Shown here piece after piece: positions 48,610 to 59,541 of a stretch of DNA of 64,000 nucleotides; positions within the stretch are counted from its first letter, which is position 1, and every line of letters begins with the position of its first letter. Origin of the DNA: Fidelibacterota bacterium (GTDB lineage Bacteria > Fidelibacterota > UBA8477); the NCBI GenBank assembly GCA_021734065.1, contig JAIPJQ010000002.1, positions 2,136 to 66,135 on the forward strand. The letters are read 5' to 3'. The notes under the pieces were generated by a model. That model was not told the DNA's origin and made no database searches. It saw only the letters and a program-made list of their open reading frames with translations. Made by a program: the position numbers and the translations under genes.

Positions 48610-50570
48610 GTGTGAATACGTATAAGCGGTTTCGTCTGCGCATGGGCATTCTGCTCATCATGGTTGTATTGGTATGGCTGGTGATCGCGGGACAATTATT
48701 CCGGATTCAGATTTTGGATCATTACAATCTGAAACACAAGATCACCCAGCAGTTCATTAATAAAAAGCCTATCAAGGCGATGCGGGGAAATTTTTACGAC
48801 AGGAATGGTCGCCAGCTCACCCAGAATGTGATGCACTACTCCTTTGCGGTTAATCCTAATCGCGTGGAGCGTCCACAGCAATTGGCAGAACTGCTGTCAA
48901 AAGTCACTGGTGAATCCCAGTTGCATTTCCTGAAAAAAATCAACGATAAGTCCAAAATATTCACCTATCTGAAACGGAATGTCCCCAAGCAGGATTGCGA
49001 ACTGCTGCTGGCATTTCAGGATCCGGGCCTCATCAAAGAACCCTCCTTTCGGCGCTATTATCCATACGGAGAAGTAGCGGCTCCATTAATAGGTCTGGTA
49101 GGTACCGACAACGAAGGCGTCACTGGTGAGGAATACTATCTGGACCATGAGTTATCGGGTGAAGACGGCTGGATGGTTGTGGGCGCCGATGGTTTGGGTA
49201 AAGCCAGAATGCGGGGGGAATTCCCCCGGCAAGCTCCACGGGATGGAAACGATGTTTACCTCAGCATCGATCTGGAAATGCAGATCATCCTGGAGCAGGA
49301 GCTGAAAAATGCCATTAAGCGCCATCGGGCGGATGGGGCTATGGGAATTTTACTGGAACCCAATACCGGTGAGATTTTAGCCATTTCATCACTCCCCTCT
49401 TTCAATCCCAATAAGCTGGATAAACTTCCCGGACAGCCGCTGGTTCTGGCTCCGGTAACTTCCACCTTCGAACCTGGGTCAACCTTCAAAATCATCAGTG
49501 CCATGGCTGCTCTGGAAAAGGGTATCGTCAAGCCTGATGAAACCATCTATTGTGAGAATGGCAGCTATCCCATTTCTGCCGATGTACGGATCACCGACTG
49601 GAAGCCATTTCAGTATTTATCCTTCCGGGAAGTCATTCAGGAATCCTCAAACATCGGCGTGATCAAAGTCAGCGACCGGTTGGATCCCATTGACCTGTTT
49701 GCCATGGCGCGGGCTTTCGGGTTTGGAGAACGCACCGGTGTCAGCTATCAGGGCGAGTCGGATGGGGTATTGAAACCCGTTAAAGACTGGTCTGGTATCA
49801 GCCACGCTGAAGTTTCCATCGGATATGAGGTTTCCGTCACCGGATTACAACTGACGCTGGCCTATGCAGCAATTGCCAATGGTGGCTACCTCATGGAACC
49901 GGTGCTGATTCGCTATATCCGTGACCACAACAACCAATTTCTGAAGGTTGACAATGTGGGTGTGGTTCGTCAGGTAGCTACATCCAAAACAATCAATACT
50001 CTGACAGCAATGTTGGAAGATGTGGTTCGCCAGGGTACCGGGCATGCCGCCAATATTCCCCAGCTCAGGATTGCCGGCAAATCGGGAACTGCTAAAAAAT
50101 TGGTTAATGGAAACTATGTAAATCAATATATGGCTTCCTTCGTGAGCTTTTTCCCTTCTGATAATCCGGCCTACGTCCTGGCTGTAATTGTTGATCGGCC
50201 GCGTCGTGGAGGGTATACCGGTGGGCAGGTGGCTGCACCGGTCTGTCATAATGTTTTCAGTCGTATTTACAATTTGAACCAGGATGAAATCATTCTGGAG
50301 CCTGTGCCGGAAAGCCCCCGCACATCACCAGAACATCATGTGATGGCAGCCAATCTGCTTTCAAGTGTCATTCCTGTATCCAATTCCTCTACCGGTACCC
50401 TCCAAATGCCGGATGTACGGGGACTTAGCAAAATCAAAGCATTACAAGCCCTTTCCGCGGTGGGGATCACACCTCACTGGGTGGGCAGCGGTCGGGTAGT
50501 AAGACAGAGTCCTGCCCCCGGCAATGCCATTAAATCACAAACGAACTGTACGGTGTATTTGTCAGAATGA
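48606..50570 (+). CDS. ftsI: Peptidoglycan D,D-transpeptidase FtsI (class B PBP) with a C-terminal PASTA domain
   Basis: SxxK (GSTFK), SxN (ESSN) and KSG (KSGTAK) motifs. The C-terminal ~55 aa resemble a PASTA domain. GTG start. Confidence 0.85.
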   Translation: MSVNTYKRFRLRMGILLIMVVLVWLVIAGQLFRIQILDHYNLKHKITQQFINKKPIKAMRGNFYDRNGRQLTQNVMHYSFAVNPNRVERPQQLAELLSKVTGESQLHFLKKINDKSKIFTYLKRNVPKQDCELLLAFQDPGLIKEPSFRRYYPYGEVAAPLIGLVGTDNEGVTGEEYYLDHELSGEDGWMVVGADGLGKARMRGEFPRQAPRDGNDVYLSIDLEMQIILEQELKNAIKRHRADGAMGILLEPNTGEILAISSLPSFNPNKLDKLPGQPLVLAPVTSTFEPGSTFKIISAMAALEKGIVKPDETIYCENGSYPISADVRITDWKPFQYLSFREVIQESSNIGVIKVSDRLDPIDLFAMARAFGFGERTGVSYQGESDGVLKPVKDWSGISHAEVSIGYEVSVTGLQLTLAYAAIANGGYLMEPVLIRYIRDHNNQFLKVDNVGVVRQVATSKTINTLTAMLEDVVRQGTGHAANIPQLRIAGKSGTAKKLVNGNYVNQYMASFVSFFPSDNPAYVLAVIVDRPRRGGYTGGQVAAPVCHNVFSRIYNLNQDEIILEPVPESPRTSPEHHVMAANLLSSVIPVSNSSTGTLQMPDVRGLSKIKALQALSAVGITPHWVGSGRVVRQSPAPGNAIKSQTNCTVYLSE

Positions 50571-52027
50571 GAGAATTAGCCGATTTACTTGAAGGTCTGG
50601 AAGCCAGTATAACCGGTCGGAAAAACCGGATCATCACTGGTTTGGTCTACGATTCCCGAGCCGCCCGGACAGGCAATGTCTTCATCGCTATCAAAGGCGA
50701 GGTTACGGATGGTCACAAGTTCATTGATCGGGCTATTGAAAATGGCGCCATGGTCATCGTCCACGATCATGATTTGGAGCGTTATCGGGATGAAATTACC
50801 TATGTACGGGTTAAAAACTCCCGGGAAGCGATGCCCCATCTGGCCGCCCGCTTTTACTATTTCCCAGCCAACGAAATGCTCACGATTGGCGTTACCGGCA
50901 CGAATGGTAAAACCACCACGACCTACTATTTCCAACACCTTTTAGCCGCTGCACACCAGCAGGCCGCCATTATCGGCACAACCGGTGTGCGCTATGCCGG
51001 TCAGTTTGAAGAACTCCCACACACCACACCGGAATCGGTTGACCTGCAGGCAATTTTAGCAGACTTGGTGATTCACAAATGTCGTGCGTCAATCCTGGAA
51101 GTCTCTTCCCATGCCCTCATCCAGCATCGCGCGGATGAAATCAATTTCAATGCCGCCATTTTCACCAATTTGACGCAGGATCATCTGGATTACCATGCAA
51201 CTCTGGATGCCTACGCCCAAGCCAAGCAAATTCTATTTAATCAGCTCTCAACGGATTCAATCGCGCTGATTAATGGGGATGACGAATATGCAGACGTCAT
51301 GGTGGCAAAGACACCTGCAAAGGTCATTCGTTACGGTCAGGGTGAATCCTGCGATTATCGCCTGACCCGTTTCGAGCCGGGCTCAGAGACTACGCAGTGT
51401 ACGCTACAAACACCCAAGGGTGAGTTGAGCTTCGAAGCCAATATCGTGGGCTTATACAACGGGTATAACCTGCTGGCGGCAATGGCGACTGTCATGGAAC
51501 TGGGATATGACTTTGCCAAATTCCAACAAGCATTGACCAAAATGCCCGCGGTACCCGGCCGGCTGCAACAAATCTGCACATCGCAAAAAAAAGTCTTTAT
51601 TGATTACGCCCACACGCCCAGCGCCATGGAAACGGTCCTGAAAGCATTACGCCAATTCTACCCTGATTCACGGCTCATAACCGTTTTCGGTTGTGGTGGT
51701 GATCGGGATAAGGGCAAAAGACCCATCATGGGAAAAATTGCCACGGAACTGAGCGATTATACGGTGATCACGGATGACAATCCCCGCTCTGAATCCACCG
51801 AGGCCATCATCCGGAACATTCTCACCGGCTGTGTCCCCAATAGTGATTTTGAAATCATCCCCCATCGCTATGGCGCCATTCAGCGAGCTATGCAAATGGC
51901 TGAGGAAACGGATGTCATCGCCGTTCTGGGCAAGGGACATGAGAATTATCAGGAGAAGCAGGGTATTCGCTATCATTTTGACGACACGGAAGTGATCCGG
52001 CGCTGTTTGGAGGTTAATGGCTGTTAA
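50567..52027 (+). CDS. murE: UDP-N-acetylmuramoyl-L-alanyl-D-glutamate--2,6-diaminopimelate ligase
   Basis: GVTGTNGKTTTTYY and the DNPR motif (TDDNPRSE), which indicates meso-diaminopimelate specificity. Confidence 0.9.
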   Translation: MRELADLLEGLEASITGRKNRIITGLVYDSRAARTGNVFIAIKGEVTDGHKFIDRAIENGAMVIVHDHDLERYRDEITYVRVKNSREAMPHLAARFYYFPANEMLTIGVTGTNGKTTTTYYFQHLLAAAHQQAAIIGTTGVRYAGQFEELPHTTPESVDLQAILADLVIHKCRASILEVSSHALIQHRADEINFNAAIFTNLTQDHLDYHATLDAYAQAKQILFNQLSTDSIALINGDDEYADVMVAKTPAKVIRYGQGESCDYRLTRFEPGSETTQCTLQTPKGELSFEANIVGLYNGYNLLAAMATVMELGYDFAKFQQALTKMPAVPGRLQQICTSQKKVFIDYAHTPSAMETVLKALRQFYPDSRLITVFGCGGDRDKGKRPIMGKIATELSDYTVITDDNPRSESTEAIIRNILTGCVPNSDFEIIPHRYGAIQRAMQMAEETDVIAVLGKGHENYQEKQGIRYHFDDTEVIRRCLEVNGC

Positions 52028-53396
52028 TTCACAAAACTGTCGCGCACTCACCGGCGTAAAAATCTTTGGTGAATTCCAGCGACCAATACGTGGTGCTGTT
52101 ATTGATTCGCGCAAGGTTCGGCCGGGTAATTTGTTTGTCGCATTACCGGGCGAACACACGGATGGTCATGCGTTTATTCCGCAGGCAGTGGAAAATGGTG
52201 CTGGCGCAATCCTGGCGAGTCTGGAATGGGCCACCGGCAATGTCTGGAACGCTTCAATTCCCCTCATAGCCGTTCCTGATGTGGAAAAAGCGCTGGGTGA
52301 ATTGGCGCATTTTCATCGCCAACGATTTGATATTCCCGTTTTGGCCATTACGGGTACCAACGGCAAGACCACCACAAAAAATATGGTTGCCGCAGTTCTG
52401 GAAACCCGCTATTCGCTCTTGAAAACTCAGGGCAATCTGAACAACCAACTGGGACTGCCCCTTACCCTGCTGGATATGGATGAAAATCATACCGCTGCCG
52501 TGTTGGAAATGGGAGCCAGCCGTGTCGGCGACATTGCCTATCTCTGCGATATTGCAGAACCTACAGAAGGATTGATCACCAATATTGGTCGGGCGCACCT
52601 GGCATTTTTCCATTCCCTGGAGCGCGTTCAACAGGTGAAGGGGGAACTTATCCAATTCCTGCAGAACCGGGGACGCGTATTCGCCAATACTGACGATGAA
52701 CGGGTGATGGAATTGGCGCGGGATGTGGAGCAGGTCATTCACTTTGGTCGCAATCAGGTTGCCGAATTGCAGATGCAGGACCTGGGTCCGGACGATTGGG
52801 GCTGCCATTCCATCCAGGTGAACGGGAAAGTTACCATGAAGCTACACGTGAGTGGCGCAGCAATGGTTTCCAATGCCGCAGCGGCCATCGCGGTGGGGTT
52901 GGCGCATGATGTTTCGCTGGAAAATATTTCCGCTGCCCTGGCCGGTTATTCCGGTGAGCCAGGACGGATGGAGCATCTGGATATGGCAGGCTTTGCCGTT
53001 ATTCATGACGCCTATAATGCCAATCCGGAAAGCACGCGAATCAGTCTGGAGACATTGGCTCAACTTCCGGTGGATGGTCGGCGGATTGTGGTCTTCGCGG
53101 ATATGCTGGAATTGGGCGAAAGCAGCAAAACCGAACACATCCGGGTTGCGGATGAAATGACGCGCACCTGCGTGGATGTTGCATTTCTGCTTGGACCGGA
53201 AAGTTTGGCAATCCAGGCTGTCCTGGCACCAACCGATCGGGTCAAAACACACCATTTTGACGATTTGAAAGCGCTGGGGACAGCGTTGATGGAATTTATC
53301 CAACCCGGGGACATCGTTCTGCTGAAAGGCAGTCGCGGGATGGGGCTTGAGAAATTGTTACCCATGCTAAAAGGAGTGACGCTCAATGCTCTATAA
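52017..53396 (+). CDS. murF: UDP-N-acetylmuramoyl-tripeptide--D-alanyl-D-alanine ligase
   Basis: ITGTNGKTTTKNM. Confidence 0.9.
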   Translation: MAVNSQNCRALTGVKIFGEFQRPIRGAVIDSRKVRPGNLFVALPGEHTDGHAFIPQAVENGAGAILASLEWATGNVWNASIPLIAVPDVEKALGELAHFHRQRFDIPVLAITGTNGKTTTKNMVAAVLETRYSLLKTQGNLNNQLGLPLTLLDMDENHTAAVLEMGASRVGDIAYLCDIAEPTEGLITNIGRAHLAFFHSLERVQQVKGELIQFLQNRGRVFANTDDERVMELARDVEQVIHFGRNQVAELQMQDLGPDDWGCHSIQVNGKVTMKLHVSGAAMVSNAAAAIAVGLAHDVSLENISAALAGYSGEPGRMEHLDMAGFAVIHDAYNANPESTRISLETLAQLPVDGRRIVVFADMLELGESSKTEHIRVADEMTRTCVDVAFLLGPESLAIQAVLAPTDRVKTHHFDDLKALGTALMEFIQPGDIVLLKGSRGMGLEKLLPMLKGVTLNAL

Positions 53397-54495
53397 GCTG
53401 CTTTACAGCCTCACCGAATATGTATCCGGATTTAATCTGATGCGGTATATCACGTTCCGCTCTGCCATTGCCGCCATTACTGCGCTGCTGTTCTCTTTCA
53501 TTTTAGGACCCCGCATTATCAAAAAACTCTCTGCCATGCAATTGACCGAGACCATCCGTGCCAGCGGTCCCACAACCCACCAGGTGAAGGCGGGCACACC
53601 GTCCATGGGCGGACTGATCATTTTGGGAGCCACGCTGCTCCCCATGCTGCTGTTTGGTGATTTATCCAATATCTATGTCCAGCTCATTCTCATCGCCATG
53701 GTCTGGATGGGACTGGTTGGATTTCTGGATGATTATCTGAAGACGGTGAAGCGGAAAAAAGAGGGGCTCATCGCCCGCTACAAACTGGCCGGGCAGATTG
53801 CTCTGGGCATTTTTATCGGAGTGGTATTCTATCTGCATCCGGACTTTGCAGATCTGGGCACGAAAACCACCATCCCCTTCTTTAAAAATTATGTTCTGGA
53901 TTTTCAGTGGTGGTGGCTCTACATCGCGTTCATTGTATTCGTCATTACGGCCACCAGCAATTCGGTGAACCTGGCAGACGGATTGGATGGACTGGCGTCC
54001 GGATTAATGGCCATTGCCATTCTGGTATTCGCGGCCATTGCCTACATTTCCGGCCGGGCTGATTTCTCCCAATATTTAAATATTTTCTATCTCCCTGGTG
54101 CAGGGGAGCTCACCGTCTATTGTGCGGCTCTTATTGGCGCGATTCTGGGATTCCTGTGGTACAATGCCCGACCTGCAGAGGTTTTTATGGGCGATACCGG
54201 ATCTCTTGCCATGGGAGCCGCCTTAGGCGCACTGGCAGTTATGTTGCGGAAGGAGTTTCTCCTTCCCTTCGCTGCCGCCGTATTCATTATCGAATCCATT
54301 TCCGTCATTCTTCAGGTGCGGTACTTCCAGTACACGAAAAAGAAATACGGTGAGGGACGCCGCCTTTTCAAAATGGCGCCGTTACACCATCATTTCGAGC
54401 TCAAAGGCTGGAATGAGAACAAAATCGTCATCCGGTTTTGGATTCTGGGAATTCTATTCGCCATGCTAACCCTAACCACCTTCAAGATCCGCTGA
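53386..54495 (+). CDS. mraY: Phospho-N-acetylmuramoyl-pentapeptide-transferase
   Basis: 369-aa polytopic protein with MraY signature regions. Confidence 0.9.
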   Translation: MLYKLLYSLTEYVSGFNLMRYITFRSAIAAITALLFSFILGPRIIKKLSAMQLTETIRASGPTTHQVKAGTPSMGGLIILGATLLPMLLFGDLSNIYVQLILIAMVWMGLVGFLDDYLKTVKRKKEGLIARYKLAGQIALGIFIGVVFYLHPDFADLGTKTTIPFFKNYVLDFQWWWLYIAFIVFVITATSNSVNLADGLDGLASGLMAIAILVFAAIAYISGRADFSQYLNIFYLPGAGELTVYCAALIGAILGFLWYNARPAEVFMGDTGSLAMGAALGALAVMLRKEFLLPFAAAVFIIESISVILQVRYFQYTKKKYGEGRRLFKMAPLHHHFELKGWNENKIVIRFWILGILFAMLTLTTFKIR

Positions 54496-55874
54496 TGAAG
54501 CCGACTGAGATAAAGAATAAGCGTGTGACAATCCTGGGAGCAGAGCGTTCCGGGTTGGGTGCGGCCAAATTATTGGCTCATCATGGCGCCAGACTGCTGG
54601 TCAGCGAAAAGGATGCCCTCAAGTTCACCGCAGAGAAACGGGAATTTTTTGCATCAATCAATGCCAAGTTTGAATTTGGGTACCACTCGGATGATGTCTT
54701 CGATGCTGATTTCATCGTGGTTTCACCCGGCATACCTGAAAACGCCGAGATAATGGCGAAAATTAAGGCGAAACAAATTCCGGTCTATTCTGAAGTCGAG
54801 GTGGCCAGTTGGTTCATTGATGAGCCCATCATAGCCGTGACGGGTTCAAATGGCAAAACCACCACGGTTAATCTGATTCATCATGTCTTGACAGCCTGTG
54901 GCATCAACACCTTTCTGGGGGGCAATGTTGGTCAGGCAATTTCTGAGGTCATTTTAGCCCGACAGGCCAGTGATGCTGAAAATGCTGTATTTGTACTGGA
55001 GGTGAGCAGTTTTCAACTGGACCATGTGGAGCGTTTTCACCCCAAAGTCGCAATGATCCTGAATCTCTCTCCGGACCACCTGGACCGGTATGACTCGGTG
55101 GAGGATTACTACAGCAGCAAATTGGGGATCTGGCGGAATCTGGGCGGGCAGGACCTGATCGGTTTTAATGTGGATGATGAGCGGTTGGTGCGTGCTGAGA
55201 AACCCAATGCGAAGCTCCTGGGATTTGGAACGACTGACTCGCCACAGCTTTTTGCCACTGTTCGTGACGGCGAATTGGGAATTATCCAAAACGGTGGCTT
55301 TCAAGCCATTATCCCTGCATCCGAATTGCCTATTCCCGGTCCGCACAATGTGAGTAATGCCTTGGCTTGCATCACGGCAACCAGTGCGTTCGTCCCTGAT
55401 TTGGGAGATATTGGCGCGGCATTACGCACCTTCACACCCGTCCCCCACCGCATTGAGTATGTGGAAACCATCAAGGGCATTCGCTTTTACAACGACTCCA
55501 AGGCTACCAATGTGGCCTCCACAGCTGTGGCAATCCAAAGTTTTAATGAGCCTGAATGGGTCATTCTGGGGGGTAAAGATAAGGGCGGTGAATTTTACAC
55601 ACTGGCAGTGGATTTAGCCCGCCACGCCCGGAAAGTGCTGTTGGTGGGGAAGGCAGCACCGATCATCGCCGAGCAGTTGGCGGGTGCCGTGGAAATGGAA
55701 ACGGTGGGCACCATTGGTAATGCCATTGACTACGCTCTCCGGTACGGTCAGGCAGGCGATGTGGTACTCTTGAGTCCCGGATGTGCCAGTTTCGACCAGT
55801 TTGATAATTACGAGCAGCGTGGTGAATTTTTCATCTCCATCGTAAAGCAGCGGAAGGAGCGGTTGGCGCAATGA
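54495..55874 (+). CDS. murD: UDP-N-acetylmuramoylalanine--D-glutamate ligase
   Basis: GSNGKTTT. Start moved to the ATG at 54495 (MKPTEIKNKRVTILG), overlapping the mraY stop (ATGA). Confidence 0.9.
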   Translation: MKPTEIKNKRVTILGAERSGLGAAKLLAHHGARLLVSEKDALKFTAEKREFFASINAKFEFGYHSDDVFDADFIVVSPGIPENAEIMAKIKAKQIPVYSEVEVASWFIDEPIIAVTGSNGKTTTVNLIHHVLTACGINTFLGGNVGQAISEVILARQASDAENAVFVLEVSSFQLDHVERFHPKVAMILNLSPDHLDRYDSVEDYYSSKLGIWRNLGGQDLIGFNVDDERLVRAEKPNAKLLGFGTTDSPQLFATVRDGELGIIQNGGFQAIIPASELPIPGPHNVSNALACITATSAFVPDLGDIGAALRTFTPVPHRIEYVETIKGIRFYNDSKATNVASTAVAIQSFNEPEWVILGGKDKGGEFYTLAVDLARHARKVLLVGKAAPIIAEQLAGAVEMETVGTIGNAIDYALRYGQAGDVVLLSPGCASFDQFDNYEQRGEFFISIVKQRKERLAQ

Positions 55875-57016
55875 TTCAACGGGTACCATTGGATCGAATT
55901 CTGTTGATATTGGTGCTGGGCTTATTCCTGTTCGGCTCGGTTTCCATGTATTCCGCCTCCACCACCGTAGCGGAACAGGAGTATCAGGATGCCAGTTATT
56001 ATCTGAAAAAGCATTTACGCAATTCCATGGTGGCCATCCTGGTTTTCGTCATTTTTTCCCAATTCAATCATCAGTATTTCCGGAAAATGACAAAGCCCAT
56101 TCTCTTTATCGCTTTGAGCTTACTGGTGGTGGTGATTGCTCAGCATCGCATGTCCAATATTACCCGGCCGGCACGCTGGCTGTATCTGGGGGCATTCAGT
56201 ATTCAGGTTTCGGACCTTGCCCGGTTGGCATTCATCATCTTTATGGCCGATTACATCCATCGAATACAACCCCGGTTGACCGAATTTAAGACCACAATCA
56301 TGCCCATGTTTCTGATAACAGGTCTTACCTGCACACTGGTGGTCTTTGAACCGGATCTTTCCTCGGCAATGATGATTTTGGCCATTGCCATAGCCATGTT
56401 TTTCATGGGTAATGTGCGTATCAGTCACATTTCCGGATTTTTAGCCGCTTCCATTTCCGGCGCCATGATCATGGCGTGGGTGACGCCTTATATGCGCCAA
56501 CGCATTCTAACTTTTTTTGACTCCAGCCGTGATGTCACTCATGCTGGCTATCAAATCCATCAGTCCCTGGTGACGTTAGCGCATGGCGGATTGAGCGGCG
56601 TGGGCCTCGGGGATAGCTTTGGTAAAGCGCTGTATCTTCCCGAGCCCCATACAGATTTTGTATTTGCCATTATTGGTGAGGAATGGGGCTTTATCGGGAC
56701 ATTCCTCCTCCTGTCCCTGTTCCTGCTCATTTTTCTGCGCGGTATGCGTATCGCCCGGAATTCTTCCGATATCTACAGCATGTTATTGGCGGAGGGACTG
56801 AGCTTATCCTTATTCCTGTATGCACTGGCCAATATCGCTGTCGTTGTGGATTTGGTTCCTACTACCGGATTACCGCTTCCGTTGGTGAGTTATGGCGGAT
56901 CCCACCTGATGATCACCGCTGCTATGCTGGGCATTCTTTTCAATATCGCCGGGTCCAATGGCACGGGCGTACTAAAACAATCCGTAGGGAGTATCAGTCG
57001 GCTGTATGACGCCTAG
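55871..57016 (+). CDS. ftsW: Cell division SEDS-family protein FtsW (peptidoglycan polymerase)
   Basis: 381 aa with ten TM helices, in the dcw position. Confidence 0.85.
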   Translation: MIQRVPLDRILLILVLGLFLFGSVSMYSASTTVAEQEYQDASYYLKKHLRNSMVAILVFVIFSQFNHQYFRKMTKPILFIALSLLVVVIAQHRMSNITRPARWLYLGAFSIQVSDLARLAFIIFMADYIHRIQPRLTEFKTTIMPMFLITGLTCTLVVFEPDLSSAMMILAIAIAMFFMGNVRISHISGFLAASISGAMIMAWVTPYMRQRILTFFDSSRDVTHAGYQIHQSLVTLAHGGLSGVGLGDSFGKALYLPEPHTDFVFAIIGEEWGFIGTFLLLSLFLLIFLRGMRIARNSSDIYSMLLAEGLSLSLFLYALANIAVVVDLVPTTGLPLPLVSYGGSHLMITAAMLGILFNIAGSNGTGVLKQSVGSISRLYDA

Positions 57017-58166
57017 AAAACAGCTACGCGTAGCCATCGCAGGTGGCGGAACGGGTGGCCATATCTTCCCCGGATTGGCCATCGCGGAGGGCATTCGTTC
57101 CTTCATTACCACCAGTGCGCGATTCAGCTCGGTTGAATTTGTTTTCTTCGGAGGCAAATACGGTATGGAGAACAAGCTGGTTCCAAATGCCGGTTATCGC
57201 CTCATCCCCCTGTGGATCAAGGGATTTCATCGCACACTCAGTCTGCGCAACATTTTACAGAACCTGATTTTTCCCTTCCGGGTTTTGGTTGCGAATCGCC
57301 AGGCCAGAAATTGGCTGAAATTATTCCAACCCCATGTGGTGATTGGTACCGGGGGATATGCCAGCGCGTTGCCGATTCGTCAGGCAGTGAATCTGGGCAT
57401 TCCGGTTATCCTGCAAGAGCAGAATAGTTACCCCGGCGTTGTGACCCGCCGCTACGCTGCCAAGGCCAAACGGGTCTTCCTCACCTATCCGGAAGCGCTG
57501 GAGTATTTATCGAAATCAGCACCTGGTGAAGTGGTGGGAAATCCCATTCGTCCCAAAATGCGCAGTCAGGACCGACAGGTCGCCGCCGAGTTTTTCGGCC
57601 TCTCACCCCATTACACCACCATTTTCATTTTTGGCGGCTCCCAGGGCGCTCACGCCATCAACGAGCATTTCAAAAACAATCTTCACTATTACCTGGAACA
57701 CTTTCCGGTGCAATTCCTGTGGCAAACGGGTGGCCAGGACTTTTTCCGATGCCAGCAGGTGGTGGCAGGACTGGAACGGGTCCATGCGGCGGCATTCATC
57801 GATGAAATGTCCATGGCCTACTCCCTGGCGGATGTGGCGATCTGCCGCGCGGGCGCCATGACGCTGGCTGAATTGACATTTTTCGGAATTCCGGCTGTCC
57901 TCATTCCCCTGCCGGGCGCAGCCGCGAACCATCAGGAATATAACGCCCGTTCACTGGAAAAACGCGGTGCGGCAAAGGTTCAGCTACAGCAAGAATTAAC
58001 CCGAGAAAATATGGTAAATGCGCTGAAGGATCTCATTATGGACCGCGACGTGCGTGAAGCCATGGGGCGCAAGTCATTGGCGCTGAGTCAACCACAAGCA
58101 ACATCCATTATTGTTCAAACCATTTTTGATACAGCCTGGGATTATGTACAGACCAAACGAAAATAA
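57006..58166 (+). CDS. murG: UDP-N-acetylglucosamine--N-acetylmuramyl-(pentapeptide) pyrophosphoryl-undecaprenol N-acetylglucosamine transferase
   Basis: GGTGGHIFPGLAIAE. Confidence 0.9.
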   Translation: MTPRKQLRVAIAGGGTGGHIFPGLAIAEGIRSFITTSARFSSVEFVFFGGKYGMENKLVPNAGYRLIPLWIKGFHRTLSLRNILQNLIFPFRVLVANRQARNWLKLFQPHVVIGTGGYASALPIRQAVNLGIPVILQEQNSYPGVVTRRYAAKAKRVFLTYPEALEYLSKSAPGEVVGNPIRPKMRSQDRQVAAEFFGLSPHYTTIFIFGGSQGAHAINEHFKNNLHYYLEHFPVQFLWQTGGQDFFRCQQVVAGLERVHAAAFIDEMSMAYSLADVAICRAGAMTLAELTFFGIPAVLIPLPGAAANHQEYNARSLEKRGAAKVQLQQELTRENMVNALKDLIMDRDVREAMGRKSLALSQPQATSIIVQTIFDTAWDYVQTKRK

Positions 58167-59541
58167 ATTGCACCTACACTTTACCGGTATTGGTGGCGCC
58201 GGCATGAGCAGTATGGCCTGGGTGCTGCATCAGATGGGCTATACCGTTTCCGGTTCGGATTTACGGGAAACCGACACTACCCGCTGGCTGGCTGCTCAGG
58301 GACTTGAAATTTTCGTGGGACAGACCGAAGAAAATATCACCCATGCTGACCTGGTGATCTATTCCAGCGCAGTTTCCCAATCCAATCCTGAACGCCAGGC
58401 AGCGCAGGCAGCCGGAATTCCGCAAATCCGTCGCGCTGAAATTCTGGGCGATATGCAGCGACTCTTCAAAACCAGTATCGGTGTAGCCGGAACCCATGGA
58501 AAAACCACAACCACCACCATGATCGCCCGGGCACTGCAGGCCGCCGGCGTGGATCCCTCCTGGGTTATTGGCGGGATCATGAGTGCGCAGGAAACAACCG
58601 GACACCTGGGAAATTCCGAATATTTCGTGGCGGAAGCGGATGAATATGACCGCTCCTTCCACACACTGAATCCCACCATTGCCGTAATCAATAACATTGA
58701 AGCGGATCATCTGGACATTTACCAGAGCTACGAAAAGCTGGTGGAAGGCTTTCTCACTTACTGTGATAAGGTCGCCTTTTACGGTTTTATCGCTGTGGGG
58801 ATTGATGATCCGGAGCTGAATCAACTCCTTCCCAAAATCAACCGTCGTGTGGTCACTTTCGGACTGGCGGAAGCGGCTGAATACCGGGCGGTAAATATCA
58901 AATCCGGCGGTATACGGACCAGTTTTGATCTGCTGCAGCGCGGAAGCCACCTCACAACCGTCACGCTGCAGGTTCCCGGGGAGCATAACATCAAAAATGC
59001 CCTGGCTGCTCTGACCGTGGTGGTTGAATTGGGATTACCCCTTACTGAAGCAGTGAAGGGTCTGGAAGCATATCGGGGTATTCGTCGGCGCTTTGAGCTC
59101 AAGGGTGAAATCAAGAATATCATCTTTATTGATGATTATGCCCACCATCCCGGTGAGATACGGGCGACTCTGGAAGCAGCCCGGGCGGCCTGGCCGGAAC
59201 GCAGACTGGTGGCCTTTTTTCAGCCCCATTTGTTTTCAAGAACCGAAACCCTGGCCATTGAATTCGGCAAAGCATTGACACTGGCGGATGTGGCGGTCAT
59301 CTGTGAAATCTATCCGGCACGTGAGGACCCCATACCCGGGGTTACCAGTCAGTTGGTGGCCGATGCGTGTCACATGGCCGGCGTGCCGGTGGTGCATTAC
59401 TTCACCGACACGAGAACCATCCCAAAATTTATCCACAGTCAACTGCGTCCCGGTGATGTGGTAGTGACCATGGGGGCCGGGGACATTGATCAGGTGAATG
59501 ACGCCATGCGCGCAGCCTGGGAGCAGCCGGAGCATGATTAA
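58144..59541 (+). CDS. murC: UDP-N-acetylmuramate--L-alanine ligase
   Basis: GIGGAGMSSMAWVL and GTHGKTTTT. Start ambiguous between 58111 and 58144. Confidence 0.9.
   Translation: MYRPNENKLHLHFTGIGGAGMSSMAWVLHQMGYTVSGSDLRETDTTRWLAAQGLEIFVGQTEENITHADLVIYSSAVSQSNPERQAAQAAGIPQIRRAEILGDMQRLFKTSIGVAGTHGKTTTTTMIARALQAAGVDPSWVIGGIMSAQETTGHLGNSEYFVAEADEYDRSFHTLNPTIAVINNIEADHLDIYQSYEKLVEGFLTYCDKVAFYGFIAVGIDDPELNQLLPKINRRVVTFGLAEAAEYRAVNIKSGGIRTSFDLLQRGSHLTTVTLQVPGEHNIKNALAALTVVVELGLPLTEAVKGLEAYRGIRRRFELKGEIKNIIFIDDYAHHPGEIRATLEAARAAWPERRLVAFFQPHLFSRTETLAIEFGKALTLADVAVICEIYPAREDPIPGVTSQLVADACHMAGVPVVHYFTDTRTIPKFIHSQLRPGDVVVTMGAGDIDQVNDAMRAAWEQPEHD

Noticed and set aside
51585-51592. A8 run in murE (SQKKVF)
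   Set aside because: A short homopolymer in an essential gene with no nearby alternative-frame signal. Treated as incidental.
54438-54494. 5' extension of murD, and similar long extensions of murC (58111) and ftsQ (59498)
   Set aside because: The conserved N-termini start at internal ATGs that form classic ATGA / ATGnnTAA overlaps with upstream stops.
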